64,000 nt of DNA from an uncultured delta proteobacterium. Lineage in GTDB: Bacteria > Myxococcota_A > Polyangia > Polyangiales > Polyangiaceae. Every line of letters begins with the position of its first letter. Position 1 is the stretch's first letter. This document shows positions 20,296 to 29,500 of this stretch, piece after piece. The position numbers were made by a program, and so were the translations under genes. Below the pieces are notes generated by a model that was given only the letters and a program-made list of their open reading frames with translations, had not been told where the DNA came from and ran no database searches. The DNA lies in assembly GCA_963782055.1 (NCBI GenBank), contig CAWAIF010000003.1:6848001-6912000 (forward strand), in the 5' to 3' direction.

Positions 20296-21018
20296 TCAGA
20301 ACGCGCGCATGAAGGTCAGCTCGGGCATGTACGCGATGGCGCCTCCCGAGCCGAACGCGGCGGCGATCTTGAGCGGCGCCACCATGAAGCCGTAGCGATC
20401 GTTGCCGAATCGAAGACCCAGGCCGGTCGTGACGTAGAAGGGCCCGGCGACCTTCCACGCCTGCACGGGTTGCTGTCCGTAGACATCGTCCTTCACCACG
20501 AGCGTCATGTCGACCGGGGCGCCGAAGTCGGCCATCCCGAAGCCGAAGAGCACGTAGGGGCGGAAGCCGAAGGCGGTCTGCGTGAGCGGATGCGAGCCGA
20601 GCACCCAGGTCGCACGCGCCTCCCACATGATGTTGGTGATTGGGAAGTTGGTGACGTGGACGCTCCCCCAGTCGAAGTAGAGGCCCCAGCGGAGGCCGAG
20701 CAAGACGCCGTCGGTTGGCGCGAGGTCGAGCTCGCCCATGAAAATGCCGGCGGGCCCGCCGAAGCCCGGGCTCACCTTGGCCGCGCCCGACACCACCGAG
20801 CTCTGCGCGTTCGGGAAGACCGGGCCGTTCGCTTCCGCGCAAATCCACTCGGTGCTCGCGCAGACGTTCGCACCCGACGGGTGGAAGACGGTGGTGAACC
20901 CGAGGGAGACGCCGAACCAGACGCGGCGGGGCTTCGTCCGCTTGCTGCCGGCGGCGAGTCCGGCCCGCGGGAGCGCCAGCAGCGCGAGCGAGACGGCGAG
21001 CGCCGCGATCGTGCGCAT
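20296..21018 (-). CDS. Secreted, probable outer-membrane beta-barrel protein, paralog 2
   Basis: Collinear and highly similar to 14386-15117. Confidence 0.68.
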   Translation of the reverse strand: MRTIAALAVSLALLALPRAGLAAGSKRTKPRRVWFGVSLGFTTVFHPSGANVCASTEWICAEANGPVFPNAQSSVVSGAAKVSPGFGGPAGIFMGELDLAPTDGVLLGLRWGLYFDWGSVHVTNFPITNIMWEARATWVLGSHPLTQTAFGFRPYVLFGFGMADFGAPVDMTLVVKDDVYGQQPVQAWKVAGPFYVTTGLGLRFGNDRYGFMVAPLKIAAAFGSGGAIAYMPELTFMRAF

Positions 21019-21206
21019 CACGGCAACCCCACGACGCGGGTCGGGACGTGCCGGTCGCTCGTCGTCCCGTCGCCGAGCTGGCCGTAGTCGTTCCATCCCT
21101 GCGCCCCCGTCCTCCTGCCGCCGCACCCCAGGAGGATGACGCCGACCAGCGAGCCCACGAGGACCACCCCCCGAGAGGGATCGCCCCAGCGACTGAAGAC
21201 TACCAC
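21018..21206 (-). pseudogene. Internally deleted RCC1 lipoprotein (signal fused to the last RCC1 half-repeat)
   Basis: ILLGCGG..TG joined to GWNDYGQLGDGTTSDRHVPTRVVGLP, matching the C-terminus of 15114-16337. Confidence 0.7.
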
Positions 21207-21291
21207 GTCCGATCACGGCACCGACCACGCGCGACTCAGCCCCGCCCGGGCGAGCGCCCCAGAGCCGCCACAACCGCGCTATCCTCCACCC

Positions 21292-21918
21292 GTGCGCGCC
21301 GAGCCGCCGAACCAGTGGGTCGCCATCGACCAGAGCGGCCGGATCGCCCTCTTCTGCGGCTCCCCGGACGCGGCGGTCCCGCGCGCGGCGCGCCCCGTGG
21401 ACCTGAACGTCGCGGGCATCCTGCTCCCCGACCCGGACGAAGCCCGCTCCTACCGCGCGCCGGCGTCCGGCCCGAGCACCTTCGACGACGTGGGCGCCGA
21501 GCACGCTCTTTCCCTCGACACGCTGGAGCGCCTCGGCGCGGCGGGCATCTTCGTCTACGAGGCGCGCGGTGAGGGCGCCGCGTACCCGTACCGTCGCGTC
21601 CTCCGCCCCTTCCGCGCGGCGCACGTCGACGCCGCTTCAACGCGGATGCGGGCGCTCGCCACGGCGGTGGTGCTGCCGCGCTCCTTCGACGACGCACCGG
21701 AGATCCAGCCGCTCGAGCTCGTCCCGTGCGACGCGCGGGCGCGCGAGTACGTGGCAGAGGGAGACACGCGCAGGCTCCCCATCCTCCACGGGCGCCCGCC
21801 GCCACCCGAGCGCGGCCCGCTCGGCTTCCGGTGGCCGCCGGGGACGAGCTCCTTCTTGCTCGCGGCGATCATCATCGCGGCCGTTCTCGTCTTCGTCGTG
21901 CAGTTCAATCCGCACTGA
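21292..21918 (+). CDS. Hypothetical protein with C-terminal TM helix
   Basis: Typical codon usage; tail FLLAAIIIAAVLVFVV. Confidence 0.6.
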   Translation: MRAEPPNQWVAIDQSGRIALFCGSPDAAVPRAARPVDLNVAGILLPDPDEARSYRAPASGPSTFDDVGAEHALSLDTLERLGAAGIFVYEARGEGAAYPYRRVLRPFRAAHVDAASTRMRALATAVVLPRSFDDAPEIQPLELVPCDARAREYVAEGDTRRLPILHGRPPPPERGPLGFRWPPGTSSFLLAAIIIAAVLVFVVQFNPH

Positions 21919-21961
21919 CGCGCCCATGGTCGCGGGAGAGGCCCCCCCTACCCTCTCGCCT

Positions 21962-22735
21962 GTGACCTCACCAGGCACACCGCTCGTCGACTTCGGCCGC
22001 GCCGCGCGCGACTACGCGCGCCACCGCCCCGGCTTCCCGCCGGCCTTCTTCGACCACGTCGCCCACCTCGGCATCGGCGCGCCCGGCCAGCGCATCCTGG
22101 ATCTCGGCACGGGCACCGGCACCCTCGCGCGCGGCTTCGCGGAGCGCGGCTGCGACGCGGTCGGCCTGGATCCCTCGGAGGAGCTGCTCGCCCAGGCCGC
22201 GACCCTCGCCGCGGAGCAACACCTGTCCGTCCGCTGGGTGCGCGGGTGGGCGGAGTCGACCGGCCTGCCTGACGCCGACTTCGACGTCGTCTGCGCGGGC
22301 CAGTGCTGGCACTGGTTCCACGGCCTGCGCGCCGCCACGGAGGCGCGCCGGCTCCTGCGCGCGGGCGGCCGCGTCCTCATCGCCTACTTCAGCTACCTCC
22401 CGCTGCCCGGCACCCTCGCGGAGGCCACCGAGCAGATCATCCTCCGCCACAACCCGGGCTGGGACTGGGCCGGCCACGACGGCCGCCACCCCCGCTTCGC
22501 CGACAACCTCGTCCGCGCCGGCCTCGCGGCGCCCGCCACCTTCGACTTCGTGCTCCCCATCGCCTTCACCCACGAGGACTGGCGCGGCCGCTTCCGCGCC
22601 CACGCCGCCGTCCTGACCCTGCCGCCCGAGAAGGTCGCCGCCTTCGACGCCGACCTCGCCCGCCTCCTCGCCGACCGCTTCCCCGAGCCGCTGATGGTCG
22701 ACCACCGCCTCTTCGGCATCGTCGCCCGGAAGTAG
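21962..22735 (+). CDS. Class I SAM-dependent methyltransferase
   Basis: ILDLGTGTG and FDVVCAGQCWHWF; start may instead be ATG 21926. Confidence 0.9.
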   Translation: MTSPGTPLVDFGRAARDYARHRPGFPPAFFDHVAHLGIGAPGQRILDLGTGTGTLARGFAERGCDAVGLDPSEELLAQAATLAAEQHLSVRWVRGWAESTGLPDADFDVVCAGQCWHWFHGLRAATEARRLLRAGGRVLIAYFSYLPLPGTLAEATEQIILRHNPGWDWAGHDGRHPRFADNLVRAGLAAPATFDFVLPIAFTHEDWRGRFRAHAAVLTLPPEKVAAFDADLARLLADRFPEPLMVDHRLFGIVARK

Positions 22736-22915
22736 AGCGCCCGCCCACCGTCCACCTCCACGACCAGCCGCTCACTCAGCGCCACGAAGTCCACGACATA
22801 GCTCCCGCCCAGCACGTGCTGCCGCCGAAACTTCACCCCGCACACCCCGCAGCGCCCGCCAGAGCATCTCCTCCGACCGCGTCGCGTCAGCCCCCCGCAT
22901 CCGTCGAGCATGGTG
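22736..22915 (-). pseudogene. DUF559 (Vsr-like) endonuclease remnant, frameshifted and 3'-truncated
   Basis: ARRMR...TRSEEMLWRALR in one frame; GVKFRRQHVLG.YVVDF....RLVVEVDG in another. Confidence 0.72.
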
Positions 22916-22929
22916 ATGGAGGAAGAAGA

Positions 22930-23067
22930 GCGAGGGAGCTTCGTGCGAGGCCATGCCCCCCATGCCGGAAGAAGCGTGACGGCCGCAGTGAGGACTTCAC
23001 CTCGGACAGCCGGAGGGCCGGCGCGATTCTTCCGGCCCCGGCGTGGCCTCGCACGAAGCTCCCTCGC
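22930..23067. repeat. Long inverted repeat / hairpin
   Basis: GCGAGGGAGCTTCGTGCGAGGCCATGCC (22930-22957) pairs with GGCGTGGCCTCGCACGAAGCTCCCTCGC (23040-23067); inner CCGGAAGAA/TTCTTCCGG pair. Confidence 0.8.
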
Positions 23068-23150
23068 GCCACGCCCGCCCCCGTCTCTCGAGATGAGTGG
23101 GAGGGGGGCCCAGTCCACCCCGCCGAGGCCGGCCCAGTGCACGACACCAT

Positions 23151-23257
23151 CCTCCCCGCCCGAGCGAGCGCGAGCGAGCGATGGGCGAGGGGAGGAGGCT
23201 CGCGCGCAGGGCTCGCCAGAGCCCGAGCACGAGCCAGGCGGGGCCTCCCTCCTCCTC
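23151..23257 (-). repeat. Dispersed intergenic REP-like repeat, copy C
   Basis: Reverse complement matches copies A and B; starts right after the Omp85 gene stop. Confidence 0.6.
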
Positions 23258-26200
23258 CTAAAACAACCCGATCGCAAAATTCAGCGCGCCGATGTCCTCG
23301 AACGGCTGCTTCGTCAGGTTGAACCCGTAATCCAGCGCGATCGCCCCCACCGGCGTGTCCACCCGGATCCCCGACCCCGCCGCCACCCGCAGCGTCAGCG
23401 AGTGATCGAACGGGTACGTCGGATCGCCCCACAGGTTCCCCGCGTCGACGAACACCACGGTGTGCAGCGGCCCCATCACCGGGATGCGCACCTCCACGCG
23501 CGGGTTGAACATCAGGTTGCCGCCGTTGACCGCGACGTTGGTCGGCTGCAGCGTGCCGCCCGACGCGTTGATGGTGTCGACGGCGTCCTGCGGGATGACG
23601 GTGTCCTGCGTGTATGACCGCATGGAGTCGAAGCCGCCCATGAAGAACTCGCGGTCGGGGTAGGTCACCGAGTTGGTGGTCACCTGCGCGACCTCCCCCA
23701 TCCGCAGCGTGGCCGCCAGGATGACGCCCTTGTAGATGGGGATGTAGCCGGACAGCGTCTGCGTCAGCCGCACGAAGTGCCCCTCGCTGGTGTTGCCGGA
23801 GCCCAGCGGGAAGGCGTCGTCGTGCTCCACGCCCACCACCGCGAGCGTGCCCTTGTGCGCGTCGAAGGAGTTGTCGCGGCAATCCCACGTGGCGACCACC
23901 CGCTCGGAGAAGAGCGCCGACTCGCCGCTGGGCACGCGCAGGAGCTGGTCGCAGAAGATGTTGCCCTGGCAGTGCGACGCCGGGTCGTCCACGCCCTGGA
24001 AGACGTGCAGGTTGTTGTATTCTGCACTGACCGAGAAGGCGAACAGGAGCTGCCGCTCCGGGCGGTAGTAGGCCGTCGGGATGAGCGCCGCCTTCCCGAT
24101 GGTGAAGTACGGCTCCAGCGTGCGCGCGTAGAGGGCGTCCACGTTGCCGCGCACCAGCGGGCCCAGGCCGACCTCCGGGAAGCCCACGCTCAGGGTGACG
24201 TTGCCCGCCAGGCGCTCCGAGATGCTGAGCGGCTTGAAGTTCTGCGCGATGAGCGGGTCGGTGATGAGAAAGTCCGGCAGGTAGGAGACCTGCGCGCGGA
24301 AGGACAGCGCGATGGCGTCGCCGAAGACGTTCTTGTGGCCGTACTCGAAGGCGCCGCGCACGCCCTGCCCGGTGGCGAAGCCCGCCCGGAACTCGATGTA
24401 CTGCGGCAGCGACTCCTGCACCGTGATGACCACCGTCTTGTCGCGCTGCGGGACCTGCGGGTTCTGCAGGGCGACGTTCACGCTGGAGAAGACGCCGAGG
24501 GTCGCCACGCGCTCCTGCGTCTTGCGCACGTCGCTCGTCCGGTACGGCTGCCCCACGGTGAGGGCGATGCGGCGGCGGATGACGTTCTCGTCGGTGTGCC
24601 GGTTCCCCCGCACCAGGATCTGCTGGACGATGACGCGGTCGCCCTCGGTGATGTCGAAGCGCACCCGCGCCTGCGTGGAGTCGAGCGACTTCTCGATCGC
24701 GAACTTCACGTCGGCGTAGAAGTAGCCCTCCTCCTTGTACAGGTCGACGATGCGGCGGCGCGCCTCGTCCACCTTGGCCGCGCTGAGCGGGCCGCCCATG
24801 TCCAGCGCGGCCGCGTCGGCGATGCGCTTCTCGGTGATGGAGCGCGCGCCGTAGAACACCACGTCGCGCAGGAAGGTGCGCGGCCCCAGCTTGATCGGGA
24901 TGCGCAGGCGCACCACAGGCTCGCAGGTGACGCCGTGCGCCCTGTCGGGCGTGCAGGTCCACGACTGCGGCAAGGGCGGCACCGGCCGCGGCAGACCCTG
25001 CCTGTCGTAGACGCACGCGTCGGCGGGCGTGCCCTTGCGCGGCAGCGGCGCGCACGTCCCGGGCGGCGAGTCGGGAGAGCAGGTGCGCCGGATGACCTGC
25101 ACCGGCCCCACCGTGGCCGAGAGGAACCCCTCGCTCCGATAGAGCTCTTGCACGTGCGCCGCGGCGCGGTCGTAGGTGTCCGGCACGTAGGTGCGGTCGG
25201 GGTCGAGATCGATGGGCACCGCCGGACGCCCCGCCGGCGTCACGCGAGAGCCGGAGGTGTGGGAGAAGAGGGAGTCGACCAGGCGCGGGTCCGGGCTGAC
25301 GACCAGGTCGGCGCCGGGGAGCTCCTCGTCCAGGAAGCTGTCGATCTCGTTGCCGATCTGCGAGGCGGAGCGCGGCCCGCCGCCGCGCAGGTCCTTGATC
25401 TCGTCGGCCGCGACGCACGGGTAGGTGCGCGCGGCGACCACCACCCGCTCGCCCTCCTGGACGTGGAAGACCAGCGTGCGCGCGTGGTCCGCCGGGCGAC
25501 CGCGGACCTCCACCTTCACCTCGGCGTCGAGGAAGCCGCGCAGCACGTAGAAGCGCCGCAGCTTGTCCGCCAGGTGCTGCAGCCCGAGGTCTGTCTCGGC
25601 GTCGACGCCCAGCGCGGAGGAGAGGGCGTCGGCGTCGTAGTGCTCGTTGCCATCGAAGCTCAGGGCGAAGCGGGCGCCGGTGTCGACGCGCACGCGCAGC
25701 GTGACCAGCCCGGAGGCGAGCACCACGTCGTGGGAGACGCGCGCGTCGTACCATCCGCCCGCGCGCAGGCGCGTCTCCAGGTCCGTGTCGGCGGCGTCGA
25801 GCGCCGTCTCGTCGGCGCGGTCGCCCTTGTCCACATGGTACGCGCGCGTGTAGCGGTCGAGGTCCTCCGCCCTGGCGCCGAAGGAGTAAAAGACACGGCG
25901 CGCGAGGACGCGGGCCGGGCCCGGCTGCACGTCCAGCAGCGCGATGACCCGCGTCGGCTTGTCCGTCGCCCGGGTGGCGAGGTCGGCGTGCGCCTGCGGG
26001 AAGCCGCGCCGGGCGAGCAGCGCCTCGATGCGTCGCTCGCGCACCTCCAGGTCGTTGCCTATCAGCTCGCCGCCCTCGCTCAGGCCCGCCTCGCGCAGGA
26101 TGTCGTCCCGCTCGACGGGCACGTCGTGCAGGTCCACCTTCAGCGACTCGATGAGGCGCCGCGGTACGGCGTGCACGCGCAGCTTCACGCCGCTGCCGTA

Positions 26201-26557
26201 GGGCTCCACCGTCACGTGCGCGGTGCCGTACAGGCCGCTCTCCATCGCCTCGCCCATGGCGATGCGCGCGAGCAACGGCGAGAAGGGCTGACCGGCGCGC
26301 ACGCGCAGCAACCTGGGCGGGCGCATGTCCCCCCACGGATCGTCCTCCTGCACCACCTCCACGCTGACGACCGGCTTGCCCGCGTAGGCGCGCAGGTCGG
26401 GCGCGGTGCCCACCTGCGGCTCCGCGGGGCCGAGTGGGGGCTCCACCGGGGGCGCGAGCACCTTCACGGCGGGCGGGCCGGCAGCGCTCGCGACCGGAGA
26501 GATCAGACCGAGGAGCGATGCGCAGAGTACGACGACCGCTCGCCTACTCGAACTCAA
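23258..26557 (-). CDS. Omp85 family (BamA/TamA-like) protein with multiple POTRA domains
   Basis: POTRA motifs GN..T...VIRR and YKEEGY; FFMGGFDSMRSY; GIRVDTPVGAIALDYG; C-terminal Phe. Confidence 0.92.
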   Translation of the reverse strand: MSSSRRAVVVLCASLLGLISPVASAAGPPAVKVLAPPVEPPLGPAEPQVGTAPDLRAYAGKPVVSVEVVQEDDPWGDMRPPRLLRVRAGQPFSPLLARIAMGEAMESGLYGTAHVTVEPYGSGVKLRVHAVPRRLIESLKVDLHDVPVERDDILREAGLSEGGELIGNDLEVRERRIEALLARRGFPQAHADLATRATDKPTRVIALLDVQPGPARVLARRVFYSFGARAEDLDRYTRAYHVDKGDRADETALDAADTDLETRLRAGGWYDARVSHDVVLASGLVTLRVRVDTGARFALSFDGNEHYDADALSSALGVDAETDLGLQHLADKLRRFYVLRGFLDAEVKVEVRGRPADHARTLVFHVQEGERVVVAARTYPCVAADEIKDLRGGGPRSASQIGNEIDSFLDEELPGADLVVSPDPRLVDSLFSHTSGSRVTPAGRPAVPIDLDPDRTYVPDTYDRAAAHVQELYRSEGFLSATVGPVQVIRRTCSPDSPPGTCAPLPRKGTPADACVYDRQGLPRPVPPLPQSWTCTPDRAHGVTCEPVVRLRIPIKLGPRTFLRDVVFYGARSITEKRIADAAALDMGGPLSAAKVDEARRRIVDLYKEEGYFYADVKFAIEKSLDSTQARVRFDITEGDRVIVQQILVRGNRHTDENVIRRRIALTVGQPYRTSDVRKTQERVATLGVFSSVNVALQNPQVPQRDKTVVITVQESLPQYIEFRAGFATGQGVRGAFEYGHKNVFGDAIALSFRAQVSYLPDFLITDPLIAQNFKPLSISERLAGNVTLSVGFPEVGLGPLVRGNVDALYARTLEPYFTIGKAALIPTAYYRPERQLLFAFSVSAEYNNLHVFQGVDDPASHCQGNIFCDQLLRVPSGESALFSERVVATWDCRDNSFDAHKGTLAVVGVEHDDAFPLGSGNTSEGHFVRLTQTLSGYIPIYKGVILAATLRMGEVAQVTTNSVTYPDREFFMGGFDSMRSYTQDTVIPQDAVDTINASGGTLQPTNVAVNGGNLMFNPRVEVRIPVMGPLHTVVFVDAGNLWGDPTYPFDHSLTLRVAAGSGIRVDTPVGAIALDYGFNLTKQPFEDIGALNFAIGLF

Positions 26558-29500
26558 GCCGCCACCGGAGGTCTACACCGACGTTGCCCACGCCGAGCGA
26601 TGTTACGTCATTGTTGACGTTGTCGTACGACCCCTGGATGCTGACGCCCTTGCTGAGCCTCCACAGGATGTTGGCGTACAGCTCGTTGGAGCCGCTCAGG
26701 CCCGTGGCGACGTTGGCGGTGACGTCCTTGGTGATGCGCTTGCCCACGCTGACGACGGGGACCGTCTGGCCGGAGTGGGGAGAGTACGCGCTGCCGAAGT
26801 GGAAGTCGTCGATGACCGGGATGGCCGATCGCACCGCGGCGCTCGCGCCCGTGGCGGCGGAGACCGCCTCCAGAGCGAGCCCCTGCCCGATGGCCGTCTG
26901 CGCCTGGTCGGCCTCCGCGCGCGTGATGCCGATGGTGAGCAGGAGCACGATGTCCTCCTGCGCGAGCGGAGGGTCGCTCGTCAGGTCCACCTTCAGGTCG
27001 TCGCTGTCGCCGTAGGCGTGGACGTTGATGCGCCACGTCGTGCCGGCCTGCGCGCCGGAGCTGGAGCTGGCGCTGTAGCTGCTGCCGCCGGTGCGCCGGT
27101 ACTCGGTCTGGGCCTGGATGTCGACGTTGGCGACGAGCCGGTCGGGGTCGTTGAAGCGGATCTTCGCCTCCTTGATGTCGAAGACGCTGGAGCCGAAGGG
27201 CAGCCGGAAGTGCCCGCCGGGCTCTGCCCGCAGCTCCCCGCGCAGGCCGTAGCGCTGGTTGGTGCCGCTCACCAGCAGCGGCCCGGAGTCCAGCGCGAGC
27301 TTCACGTCGATGAGGTTGTTGTGGATGTTGAGCGGCACGCGGGAGAAGACCTGCAGGTCCAGCTTCACCGCGTCGAGGGAGGGATCGTAGGTCTCCACCT
27401 CGGTGCGCTTGGCGCGCCCGCCGAAGGCGGAGATGTTGTCCACCAGGTTGATGGGCCGCGTGTAGTCGAAGGAGGTGACCACGACCGCGCCCGTCACGTG
27501 CGGGAGGTTGCGCGTCTCCCCGCTGCCCTTGTCGTCCAGGGTGACGGCCAGGTCGGCGTCCAGGCCCGCGGAGATGCCGGGGGCGGGCGTGATGCGAACC
27601 CCGCGCGCGGAGACCGAGAGCTTCGCCGTGCCGATGGTCAGGTGGCGGATGGGCACGCGCCCGGCGAGATCCAGCGTGCCGCCGGCGAACTTGCCCACGC
27701 CGCGGGCCACGCGGATCTCCTGGTTCTCCGCGCGCAGGTCCACGTCCACGTCGGTGATGGGGTCGGGCAGATCGTGGATGTCCAGCTCGCTCGCCTTGAT
27801 GCGCAGGTCGCCCTGCAGCACCGGGTCCTGCAGCGGCCCGGTCACGTGCACGCCACCGGAGAAGCTGCCGACCGCCTTGTCCAGCTTGGGCACGGCACCG
27901 GCGAGCACGCCGAGGTCCACCGGCGCCAGGTCCGCCGTCATGTCCAGCGTCGTCGCGCCGAAGACATCCGACGCGGTGCCCTGCACGCTGATCGCGCCGG
28001 AGAGTCCGCCGCCTGCCTGCAGGTCCAGCTCCAGCGGGGGGATGGTGAGGGTGTCGTCGCGCAGCGCGATGACCGCGGCGGTCGGGTTGAGGGAGATCTT
28101 CTTGTTCTCCCTGCCCACCACCAGCTCGCGCGGGAGGAAGCGCACCACCCCGTGCTCCATGTCGCCCTGCTTGAGGTGGTCGATCGTCAGGTCGCCGCTG
28201 AGCACGCCGCCCAGCCTGGCGAGCGGGGAGGTCTCCCCGCCCTCCGTCGCGGGCGCCACGATCTTGCCGAAGGGCCCCAGCTCCAGCTTGCGGAAGAGCA
28301 CCGAGCCGGCCACCTCGACCTGCTTGGCGCGCGAGAAGGTGAGGCGCTCCACGTGCGCCTCGCCGCCGAAGACGTCGCCCGTCACGACGTACTCGCCGTG
28401 CGAGGAGGTGTCGCGCGCGTAGGCCTCCTTGTCGAAGGCCGGGTAGAGCAAGCCGCCGCAGCGCGTCTTGCCGACGGCGCCCTGCTTCGGCGCGACCTGG
28501 GTCATGGTGACGTGCAGGCGCGAGCCGCCGAGGGAGGCGCCTCGCACGTGCACCGGGGAGACGTCGGCGTCGGCCTCCACGGTGAAGGCGTCCACCGTGC
28601 CGCTCACCTGCGCGATGCCGGAGACGGTGCCCTCCAGCTCCTGCGCGTAGGAGCCCAGCGTCTGCAAGCGCGAGAGCGGCACGCTCTCCAGGACCAGGTT
28701 GCCGTGCAGCGCGCCGCCCTCCTGGATGCTCGCCGAGCCGAGGACGGAGCCGACCGCCGAGCCGTCCTTCTCCCGCCGCACCTTGTGCAGGGAGATGGAG
28801 TGAAGCTGCACGTCGGCGCCGTCCAGGCCGGCGAGCCGATCCCGCCAGCTCAGGTCGACGTCGGCGTCGCCGTCGTCGAACTGCTCGCCCAGGAGGTCGA
28901 TCTGGGTGAAGTGCGGGCTCGCGTGCACCGCGATGAAGCCGCCGCCGCACGGGTCCTCCGGGCCGCCCAGCGCGAGGTGGAAGGTGGTGTCCCCCGAGAT
29001 GTTGGCGTCGAGCTGGTCGAAGCGCGGGTCGTCGTTCATCTGGAAGATGTCGAGCAGATCGCGCAGGTCGAGCGAGTCGGCGTGGGCGGTGGCGTCCATC
29101 TGCATGCTGCCCGGCCCGCCGAAGTCCAGGCGCGCGCTGGGCATCTGGTAGCTGCTCTTGTTCTTCACCGCGCGCACGTTGGTCAGGGTGAGCAGCTTCT
29201 GGTCGAGCTCGGCGTGCGCCGCCGTCACGTTCCCGAAGGGCATGTCGGCGATGGCGAAGTCCTTGATGCTCGCGTCGCCGACCAGCCGCGGGTTGGTCGT
29301 GTCCTCGCCGACGTGCACCTTCACCTGCGCCTGGCCGGCGAGGGGGATGGAGGCGAGCGGGGTGATGTCCGCGAGGCCGACGTCGGCGTCCGGCGCGTCC
29401 ACCTGCAGCCCGCCGGCGAAGCCGATGAAGACGTAGCCGCCCTGGATGTGGCTGTGCGCCAGGTCGGCGTGGGCCGCGCGGAAGGACACGCCGTCCGGCC

